A DNA stretch of 64,000 bases from Eledone cirrhosa (taxonomy: Eukaryota): positions 62,001 through 126,000 of the forward strand of contig CAXHJY010000096.1 in assembly GCA_964016885.1 (NCBI GenBank), written 5' to 3'. Shown here piece by piece: positions 1-10,900 of this stretch. A model generated the notes under the pieces. That model made no database searches. It was not told where the DNA came from and worked only from the letters and a program-made list of their open reading frames with translations. The position numbers were made by a program, and so were the translations under genes. Each line of letters begins with the position of its first letter. Position 1 is the stretch's first letter.

Positions 1-3000
1 CCGTCCAAGGGTAGATAATATCCAGCCGTCCAAGGACATATTTTCCAGCCGTCCAAGGAGAGGTAATTTCTAGCCGTCCAAGGGGAGATAAATTCCAGCC
101 TCCAAGGGGAGATAATTTCCAGCCAGCCAAGGGGAGATAATTTGTAAAAAAATCAGGGGGAGATAATTTGTAAAAAAAAATCAGGGGGAGATAATTTGTA
201 AAAAAAAATCAGGGGGAGATAATTTGTAAAAAAAAATCAGGGGGAGATAATTTGTAAAAAAAATCAGGGGGAGATAATTTGTAAAAAAAATCAGGGGTAG
301 ATAATTTGTAAAAAAAAATCAGGGGGAGATAATTTGTAAAAAAAAATCAGGGGGAGATAATTTGTAAAAAAAATCAAGGGGAGATAATTTCCAGCCGTCC
401 AAGGAGAGATAATTTAAAAAAAAATCAGGCGGAGATAATTTGTAAAAAAAAATCAGGGGGAGATAATTTGTAAAAAAAAATCAGGGGGAGATAATTTGTA
501 AAAAAAATCAAGGGGAGATAATTTCCAGCCGTCCAAGGGGAGATAATTTTCAGCCGTCCAAGGGGAGATAATTTCCCGCCAGCCAAGGGAAGATAATATT
601 TAAAAAAATCAGGCGGAGATAATTTATAAAAAAAATCAGGGGGAGATAATTTGTAAAAAAATCAGGGGGAGATAATTTGTAAAAAAAAAATCAGGGGGAG
701 ATAATTTGTAAAAAAAATCAGGGGGAGATAATTTGTAAAAAAAAATCAGGGGTAGATAATTTGTAAAAAAAAATCAGGGGGAGATAATTTGTAAAAAAAA
801 TCAGGGGGAGATAATTTGTAAAAAAAAATCAGGGGTAGATAATTTGTAAAAAAAAATCAGGGGGAGATAATTTGTAAAAAAAATCAAGGGGAGATAATTT
901 CCAGCCGTCCAAGGGAAGATAATTTCCAGCCCTCCAAGGGGCTATAATTTCCAGCGTCCAAGGGGAGATAATTTCCAGCCAGCGAAGGGGAGATAATTTT
1001 TTTTAAAATATCATTGGGAGATTTGTAAAAAAAATCAGGGGGAGATAATTTGTAAAAAAAATCAAGGGGAGATAATTTCCAGCCGTCCAAGGGGAGGTAA
1101 TATCTAGCCGTCCAAGGGGAGATAATTTCCAGCCGTCCAAGGGGAGATAATTTCCAGCCGTCCAAGGGTAGATAATATCCAGCCGTCCAAGGACATATTT
1201 TCCAGCCGTCCAAGGAGAGGTAATTTCTAGCCGTCCAAGGGGAGATAAATTCCAGCCTCCAAGGGGAGATAATTTCCAGCCAGCCAAGGGGAGATAATTT
1301 GTAAAAAAATCAGGTGGAGATAATTTGTAAAAAAAATCAGGGGGAGATAATTTGTAAAAAAAAATCAGGGGGAGATAATTTGTAAAAAAAAATCAGGGGG
1401 AGATAATTTGTAAAAAAAAATCAGGGGGAGATAATTTGTAAAAAAAATCAAGGGGAGATAATTTCCAGCCGTCCAAGGGGAGATAATTTTCAGCCGTCCA
1501 AGGGGAGATAATTTCCCGCCAGCCAAGGGAAGATAATATTTAAAAAAATCAGGCGGAGATAATTTGTAAAACAAATCAGGGGGAGATAATTTGTAAAAAA
1601 TTCAGGGGGAGATAATTTGTAAAAAAAAAATCAGGGGGAGATAATTTGTAAAAAAAATCAGGGGGAGATAATTTGTAAAAAAAAATCAGGGGTAGATAAT
1701 TTGTAAAAAAAATCAGGGGGAGATAATTTGTAAAAAAAATGAAAGGGGAGATAATATCCAGCCGTCCAAGGGGAGATAATTTCCAGCCGTCCAAGGGGAG
1801 ATAATTTCCAGCCGTCCAAGGGGAGATAATTTCCATCCTTCCAAGGGGATATAATTTCCAGCCGTCCAAGGGGAGATAATTTCCCGCCAGCCAAGGGAAG
1901 ATAATTTTTTAAAAAATCAGGCGGAGATTGTAAAAAAAATCAGGGGGGAGATAATTTGTAAAAAAATCAGGGGGAGATAATTTGTAAAAAAAAATCAGGG
2001 GGAGATAATTTGTAAAAAATAATCAGGGGGAGATAATTTGTAAAAAAAAATCAAGGGGAGATAATTTCCAGCCGTCCAAGGGGAGATAATTTCCATCCTT
2101 CCAAGGGGATATAATTTCCAGCCGTCCAAGGGGAGATAATTTCCCGCCAGCCAAGGGAAGATAATATTTAAAAAAATTAGGCGGAGATAATTTGTAAAAA
2201 AATCAGGGGGAGATAATTTGTAAAAAAAATCAGGGGGAGATAATTTGTAAAAAAATATCAGGGGTAGATAATTTGTAAAAAAAATCAGGGGGAGATTATT
2301 TGTAAAAAAAAATCAGGGGGAGATAATTTGTAAAAGAAATCAAGGGGAGATAATTTCCAGCCGTCCAAGGAGAGATAATTTAAAAAAAAAATCAGGCGGA
2401 GATAATTTGTAAAAAAAAATCAGGGGGAGATAATTTGTAAAAAAAAATCAGGGGGAGATAATTTGTAAAAAAAAATCAAGGGGAGATAATTTTCAGCCGT
2501 CCAAGGGGAGATAATTTCCCGCCAGCCAAGGGAAGATAATATTTAAAAAAATTAGGCGGAGATAATTTGTAAAAAAATCAGGGGGAGATAATTTGTAAAA
2601 AAAATCAGGGGGAGATAATTTGTAAAAAAATATCAGGGGTAGATAATTTGTAAAAAAAATCAGGGGGAGATAATTTCCAGCCGTCCAAGGGGAGATAATT
2701 TCCATCCTTCCAAGGGGATATAATTTCCAGCCGTCCAAGGGGAGATAATTTCCCGCCAGCCAAGGGAAGATAATATTTAAAAAAATTAGGCGGAGATAAT
2801 TTGTAAAAAAATCAGGGGGAGATAATTTGTAAAAAAAATCAGGGGGAGATAATTTGTAAAAAAATATCAGGGGTAGATAATTTGTAAAAAAAATCAGGGG
2901 GAGATTATTTGTAAAAAAAAATCAGGGGGAGATAATTTGTAAAAGAAATCAAGGGGAGATAATTTCCAGCCGTCCAAGGAGAGATAATTTAAAAAAAAAA

Positions 3001-6000
3001 TCAGGCGGAGATAATTTGTAAAAAAAAATCAGGGGGAGATAATTTGTAAAAAAAAATCAGGGGGAGATAATTTGTAAAAAAAAATCAAGGGGAGATAATT
3101 TTCAGCCGTCCAAGGGGAGATAATTTCCCGCCAGCCAAGGGAAGATAATATTTAAAAAAATCAGGCGGAGATAATTTGGAAAAAAATCAGGGGGAGATAA
3201 TTTGTAAAAAAAAAATCAGGGGGAGATAATTTGTAAAAAAAATCAGGGGGAGATAATTTGTAAGAAAAAATCAGGGGTAGATAATTTGTAAAAAAAATCA
3301 GGGGCAGATAATTTGTAAAAAAAAATCAGGGGGAGATAATTTGTAAAAAAAATGAAAGGGGAGATAATATCCAGCCGTCCAAGGGGAGATAATCTCCAGC
3401 CGTCCAAGGGGAGATAATTTCCAGCCGTCCAAGGGGAGATAATTTCCATCCTTCCAAGGGGATATAATTTCCAGCCGTTCAAGGGGAGATAATTTCCCGC
3501 CAGCCAAGGGAAGATAATTTTTAAAAAAATCAGGCGGAGATTGTAAAAAAAATCAGGGGGGAGATAATTTGTAAAAAAATCAGGGGGAGATAATTTGTAA
3601 AAAAAAATCAGGGGGAGATAATTTGTAAAAAATAATCAGGGGGAGATAATTTGTAAAAAAAAATCAAGGGGAGATAATTTCCAGCCGTCCAAGGGGAGAT
3701 AATTTCCCGCCAGCCAAGGGAAGATAATATTTAAAAAAATTAGGCGGAGATAATTTGTAAAAAAATCAGGGGGAGATAATTTGTAAAAAAATCAGGGGGA
3801 GATAATTTGTAAAAAAAATCAGGGGGAGATAATTTGTAAAAAAAATCATGGGGAGATAATTTGTAAAAAAAAATCAGGGGTAGATAATTTGTAAAAAAGA
3901 TCAAGGGGAGATAATTTCCAGCCGTCCAAGGAGAGATAATTTTAAAAAAAATCAGGCGGAGATAATTTGTAAAAAAAAATCAGGGGGAGATAATTTGTAA
4001 AAAATAATCAGGGGGAGATAATTTCCAGCCGTCCAAGGGGAGATAATTTTCAGCCGTCCAAGGGGAGATAATTTCCCGCCAGCCAAGGGAAGATAATATT
4101 TAAAAAAATTAGGCGGAGATAATTTGTAAAAAAAATCAGGGGGAGATAATTTGTAAAAAAAATCAGGGGGAGATAATTTGTAAAAAAAATCAGGGGTAGA
4201 TAATTTGTAAAAAAAAATCAGGGGGAGATAATTTGTAAAAAAAATCAAGGGGAGATAATTTCCAGCCGTCCAAGGAGAGATAATTTTAAAAAAAATCAGG
4301 CGGAGATAATTTGTAAAAAAAAATCAGGGGGAGATAATTTGTAAAAAAAAATCAGGGGGAGATAATTTGTAAAAAAAATCAAGGGGAGATAATTTCCAGC
4401 CGTCCAAGGGGAGATAATTTTCAGCCGTCCAAGGGGAGATAATTTCCCGCCAGCCAAGGGAAGATAATATTTAAAAAAATCAGGCGGAGATAATTTATAA
4501 AAAAAATCAGGGGGAGATAATTTGTAAAAAAATCAGGGGGAGATAATTTGTAAAAAAAAAATCAGGGGGAGATAATTTGTAAAAAAAATCAGAGGGAGAT
4601 AATTTGTAAAAAAAAATCAGGGGTAGATAATTTGTAAAAAAAAATCAGGGGGAGATAATTTGTAAAAAAAAATCAGGGGGAGATAATTTGTAAAAAATAA
4701 TCAGGGGGAGATAATTTGTAAAAAAAATCAAGGGGAGATAATTTCCAGCCGTCCAAGGGGAGATAATTTTCAGCCGTCCAAGGGGAGATAATTTCCCGCC
4801 AGCCAAGGGAAGATAATATTTAAAAAAATTAGGCGGAGATAATTTGTAAAAAAAATCAGGGGGAGATAATTTGTAAAAAAATCAGGGGGAGATAATTTGT
4901 AAAAAAAATCAGGGGGAGATAATTTGTAAAAAAAATCAGGGGGGAGATAATTTGTAAAAAAAAATCAGGGGTAGATAATTTGTAAAAAAAAATCAGGGGG
5001 AGATAATTTGTAAAAAAAATCAAGGGGAGATAATTTCCAGCCGTCGAAGGGAAGATAATTTCCAGCCCTCCAAGGGGCTATAATTTCCAGCGTCCAAGGG
5101 GAGATAATTTCCAGCCAGCGAAGGGGAGATAATTTTTTTTAAAAAATCATTGGGAGATTTGTAAAAAAATCAGGGGGAGATAATTTGTAAAAAAAATCAA
5201 GGAGAGATAATTTCCAGCCGTCCAAGGGGAGGTAATATCTAGCCGTCCAAGGGGAGATAATTTCCAGCCGTCCAAGGGGAGATAATTTCCAGCCGTCCAA
5301 GGGTAGATAATATCCAGCCGTCCAAGGACATATTTTCCAGCCGTCCAAGGAGAGGTAATTTCTAGCCGTCCAAGGGGAGATAAATTCCAGCCTCCAAGGG
5401 GAGATAATTTCCAGCCAGCCAAGGGGAGATAATTTGTAAAAAAATCAGGGGGAGATAATTTGTAAAAAAAAATCAGGGGGAGATAATTTGTAAAAAAAAA
5501 TCAGGGGGAGATAATTTGTAAAAAAAAATCAGGGGGAGATAATTTGTAAAAAAAATCAGGGGGAGATAATTTGTAAAAAAAATCAGGGGTAGATAATTTG
5601 TAAAAAAAAATCAGGGGGAGATAATTTGTAAAAAAAAATCAGGGGGAGATAATTTGTAAAAAAAATCAAGGGGAGATAATTTCCAGCCGTCCAAGGAGAG
5701 ATAATTTAAAAAAAAATCAGGCGGAGATAATTTGTAAAAAAAAATCAGGGGGAGATAATTTGTAAAAAAAAATCAGGGGGAGATAATTTGTAAAAAAAAT
5801 CAAGGGGAGATAATTTCCAGCCGTCCAAGGGGAGATAATTTTCAGCCGTCCAAGGGGAGATAATTTCCCGCCAGCCAAGGGAAGATAATATTTAAAAAAA
5901 TCAGGCGGAGATAATTTATAAAAAAAATCAGGGGGAGATAATTTGTAAAAAAATCAGGGGGAGATAATTTGTAAAAAAAAAATCAGGGGGAGATAATTTG

Positions 6001-7290
6001 TAAAAAAAATCAGGGGGAGATAATTTGTAAAAAAAAATCAGGGGTAGATAATTTGTAAAAAAAAATCAGGGGGAGATAATTTGTAAAAAAAATCAGGGGG
6101 AGATAATTTGTAAAAAAAAATCAGGGGTAGATAATTTGTAAAAAAAAATCAGGGGGAGATAATTTGTAAAAAAAATCAAGGGGAGATAATTTCCAGCCGT
6201 CCAAGGGAAGATAATTTCCAGCCCTCCAAGGGGCTATAATTTCCAGCGTCGAAGGGGAGATAATTTCCAGCCAGCGAAGGGGAGATAATTTTTTTTAAAA
6301 TATCATTGGGAGATTTGTAAAAAAAATCAGGGGGAGATAATTTGTAAAAAAAATCAAGGGGAGATAATTTCCAGCCGTCCAAGGGGAGGTAATATCTAGC
6401 CGTCCAAGGGGAGATAATTTCCAGCCGTCCAAGGGGAGATAATTTCCAGCCGTCCAAGGGTAGATAATATCCAGCCGTCCAAGGACATATTTTCCAGCCG
6501 TCCAAGGAGAGGTAATTTCTAGCCGTCCAAGGGGAGATAAATTCCAGCCTCCAAGGGGAGATAATTTCCAGCCAGCCAAGGGGAGATATTTTGTAAAAAA
6601 ATCAGGGGGAGATAATTTGTAAAAAAAATCAGGGGGAGATAATTTGTAAAAAAAAATCAGGGGGAGATAATTTGCAAAAAAAAATCAGGGGGAGATAATT
6701 TGTAAAAAAAAATCAGGGGGAGATAATTTGTAAAAAAAATCAAGGGGAGATAATTTCCAGCCGTCCAAGGGGAGATAATTTTCAGCCGTCCAAGGGGAGA
6801 TAATTTCCCGCCAGCCAAGGGAAGATAATATTTAAAAAAATCAGGCGGAGATAATTTGTAAAAAAAATCAGGGGGAGATAATTTGTAAAAAATTCAGGGG
6901 GAGATAATTTGTAAAAAAAAAATCAGGGGGAGATAATTTGTAAAAAAAATCAGGGGGAGATAATTTGTAAAAAAAAATCAGGGGTAGATAATTTGTAAAA
7001 AAAATCAGGGGGAGATAATTTGTAAAAAAAATGAAAGGGGAGATAATATCCAGCCGTCCAAGGGGAGATAATTTCCAGCCGTCCAAGGGGAGATAATTTC
7101 CAGCCGTCCAAGGGGAGATAATTTCCATCCTTCCAAGGGGATATAATTTCCAGCCGTCCAAGGGGAGATAATTTCCCGCCAGCCAAGGGAAGATAATTTT
7201 TTAAAAAATCAGGCGGAGATTGTAAAAAAAATCAGGGGGGAGATAATTTGTAAAAAAATCAGGGGGAGATAATTTGTAAAAAAAAAATCA
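1..7290 (+). repeat. About 2-kb block repeated at 5,292-bp spacing (1-~2000 and 5293-~7290)
   Basis: The start sequence recurs at 5293. ORF pairs 884/6176, 1003/6295, 1576/6868 and 1658/6950 are all offset by 5292. Confidence 0.88.
611..885 (+). repeat. Representative run of type A monomers, AGGGGGAGATAATTTGT(A)7-10TC
   Basis: About 10 consecutive units differing mainly in A-tract length and the AGGCGG and AGGGGT head variants. Confidence 0.95.
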
Positions 7291-7936
7291 GGGGGAGATA
7301 ATTTGTAAAAAAAAATCAGGGGGAGATAATTTGTAAAAAAAAATCAGGGGGAGATAATTTGTAAAAAAAATTAGGCGTAGATAATTTGTAAAAAAAAATC
7401 AGGGGGAGATAATTTGTAAAAAAAAATCAGGGGGAGATAATTTGTTTAAAAAATCAAGGGGAGATAATTTGCAGCCGTCCAAGGGGAGATAATTTTCAGC
7501 CGTCCAAGGAGAGGTAATTTCTAGCCGTTCAAGGGGAGATAATTTCCAGCCGTCCAAGGGGAAATAATTTCCAGCCGTCCAAGGGGAGATAATTTTTTTT
7601 AAAAAATCAGGCGGAGATAATTTGTAAAAAAAATCAGGGGGAGATAATTCGTAAAAAAAAATCAGGGGGAGATAATTTGTAAAAAAAAATCAGGGGGAGA
7701 TAATTTGTAAAAAAAATCAAGGGGAGATAATTTCCAGCCGTCCAAGGGGAGGTAATATCTAGCCGTCCAAGGGGAGATAATTTCCAGCCGTCCAAGGGGA
7801 GATAATTTTTTTTAAAAAATCAGGCGGAGATAATTTGTAAAAAAAATCAGGGGGAGATAATTTGTAAACAAAATCAGGGGGAGATAATTTGTAAAAAAAA
7901 ATCAGGGGGAGATAATTTGTAAAAAAAATTAGGCGT

Positions 7937-10900
7937 AGATAATTTGTAAAAAAAAATCAGGGGGAGATAATTTGTAAAAAAAAATCAGAGGGAGATAATT
8001 TGTTTAAAAAATCAAGGGGAGATAATTTGCAGCCGTCCAAGGGGAGATAATTTTCAGCCGTCCAAGGAGAGGTAATTTCTAGCCGTTCAAGGGGAGATAA
8101 TTTCCAGCCGTCCAAGGGGAGATAATTTCCAGCCGTCCAAGGGGAGATAATTTTTTTTAAAAAATCAGGCGGAGATAATTTGTAAAAAAAAATCAGGGGG
8201 AGATAATTCGTAAAAAAAAATCAGGGGGAGATAATTTGTAAAAAAAATCAAGGAGAGATAATTTCCAGCCGTCCAAGGGGAGATAATTTCCAGCCGTCCA
8301 AGGAGACATATTTTCCAGCCGTCCAAGGCGAGGTAATTTCTAGCCGTCCAAGGGGAGATAAATTCCAGCCTCCAAGGGGAGATAATTTCCAGCCAGCCAA
8401 GTGGAGATAATTTGTAAAAAAATCAGGGGGAGATAATTTGTAAAAAATATCAGGGAGATAATTTGTAAAAAAAAATCAGGGGGAGATAATTTGTAAAAAA
8501 AATCAGGGGGAGATAATTTGTAAAAAAAAATCAGGGGGAGATAATTTGTAAAAAAAATCAAGGGGTGATAATTTCCAGCCGTCCAAGGGGAGATAATTTT
8601 CAGCCGTCCAAGGGGAGATAATTTCCCGCCAGCCAAGGGAAGATAATTTCTAAAAAAATCAGGCGGAGATTGTAAAAAAAATCAGGGGGGAGATAATTTG
8701 TAAAAAAATCAGGGGGAGATAATTTGTAAAAAATAATCAGAGGGAGATAATTTGTAAAAAAATTCAAGGGGAGATAATTTCCAGCCGTCCAAGGGAAGAT
8801 AATTTCCCGCCAGCCAAGGGAAGATAATATTTAAAAAAATTAGGCGGAGATAATTTGTAAAAAAAATCAGGGGGAGATAATTTGTAAAAAAATCAGGGGG
8901 AGATAATTTGTAAAAAAAATCAGGGGGAGATAATTTGTAAAAAAAATTATGGGGAGATAATTTGTAAAAAAAAATCAGGGGTAGATAATTTGTAAAAAAA
9001 AATCAGGGGTAGATAATTTGTAAAAAAAAATCAGGGGGAGATAATTTGTAAAAAAAATCAAGGGGAGATAATATCCAGCCGTCCAAGGAGAGATAATTTT
9101 TAAAAAAAATGAGGCGGAGATAATTTGTAAAAAAAAAATCAGGGGGAGTTAATTTGTAAAAAAAAATGAGGGGGAGATAATTTGTAAAAAAAATCAAGGG
9201 GAGATAATTTCCAGCCGTCCAAGGGGAGATAATTTTCAGCCGTCCAAGGAGAGGTAATTTCTAGCCGTCGAAGGGGAGATAATTTCCAGCCGTCCAAGGG
9301 GAGGTCATTTCCAGCCGTCCAAGGGGAGATAATTTTTTAAAAAAAATCAGGCGGAGATAATTTGTAAAAAAAATCAAGGGGATATAATTTGCAGCCGTCC
9401 AAGGGGAGATAATTTTCAGTCGTCCAAGGAGAGGTAATTTCTAGCCGTCCAAGGGGAGATAATTTCCAGCCGTCCAAGGGGAGATAATTTCCAGCCGTCC
9501 AAGGGGAGATAATTTTTTTTAAAAAATCAGGCGGAGATAATTTGTAAAAAAAATCAGGGGGAGATAATTTGTAAAAAAAAATCAGGGGGAGATAATTTGT
9601 AAAAAAAATTAGGCGTAGATAATTTGTAAAAAAAAATCAGGGGGAGATAATTTGTAAAAAAAAATCAGGGGGAGATAATTTGTTTAAATAATCAAGGGGA
9701 GATAATTTGCAGCCGTCCAAGGGGAGATAATTTTCAGCCGTCCAAGGAGACGTAATTTCTAGCCGTTCAAGGGGAGATAATTTCCAGCCGTCCAAGGGGA
9801 GATAATTTCCAGCCGTCCAAGGGGAGATAATTTTTTTTTAAAAATCAGGCGGAGATAATTTGTAAAAAAAAATCAGGGGGAGATAATTCGTAAAAAAAAA
9901 TCAGGGGGAGATAATTTGTAAAAAAAAATCAGGGGGAGATAATTTGTAAAAAAAATCAAGGGGAGATAATTTCCAGCCGTCCAAGGGGAGGTAATATCTA
10001 GCCGTCCAAGGGGAGATAATTTCCAGCCGTCCAAGAGGAGATAATTTCCAGCCGTCCAAGGGGAGATAATTTCCAGCCGTCCAAGGAGACATATTTTCCA
10101 GCCGTCCAAGGCGAGGTAATTTCTAGCCGTCCAAGGGGAGATAAATTCCAGCCTCCAAGGGGAGATAATTTCCAGCCAGCCAAGTGGAGATAATTTGTAA
10201 AAAAATCAGGGGGAGATAATTTGTAAAAAATATGAGGGAGATAATTTGTAAAAAAAAATCAGGGGGAGATAATTTGTAAAAAAAATCAGGGGGAGATAAT
10301 TTGTAAAAAAAAATCAGGGGGAGATAATTTGTAAAAAAAATCAAGGGGAGATAATTTCCAGCCGTCCAAGGGGAGATAATTTTCAGCCGTCCAAGGGGAG
10401 ATAATTTCCCGCCAGCCAAGGGAAGATAATATTTAAAAAAATCAGGCGGAGATAATTTGTAAAAAAAATCAGGGGGAGATAATTTGTAAAAAAATCAGGG
10501 GGAGATAATTTGTAAAAAAAAAATCAGGGGGAGATAATTTGTAAAAAAAATCAGGGGGAGATAATTTGTAAAAAAAAATCAGGGGTAGATAATTTGTAAA
10601 AAAAAATCAGGGGGAGATAATTTGTAAAAAAAAATCAGGGGGAGATAATTTGTAAAAAAAATGAAAGGGGAGATAATATCCAGCCGTCCAAGGGGAGATA
10701 ATTTCCAGCCGTCCAAGGGGAGATAATTTCCAGCCGTCCAAGGGGAGATAATTTCCATCCTTCCAAGGGGATATAATTTCCAGCCGTCCAAGGGGAGATA
10801 ATTTCCCGCCAGCCAAGGGAAGATAATTTTTAAAAAAATCAGGCGGAGATTGTAAAAAAAATCAGGGGGGAGATAATTTGTAAAAAAATCAGGGGGAGAT

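Noticed and set aside
130-380. Canonical G-quadruplex motifs
   Set aside because: G4-G5 runs are separated by about 21-23 nt, far beyond typical 1-7 nt loops. Only weak long-loop or intermolecular structures are conceivable.
990-1012. T-runs as intrinsic terminators, or A-tracts as retroelement poly(A) tails
   Set aside because: There is no stable GC hairpin ahead of the T-runs, no element body and no target-site duplication. Both are internal parts of monomers.
1080-1110. Shine-Dalgarno-like GGAGGT/AGGAG and -10-like GATAAT/TATAAT motifs
   Set aside because: These are chance features of the monomer, with no downstream plus-strand ORF and no -35 element context.
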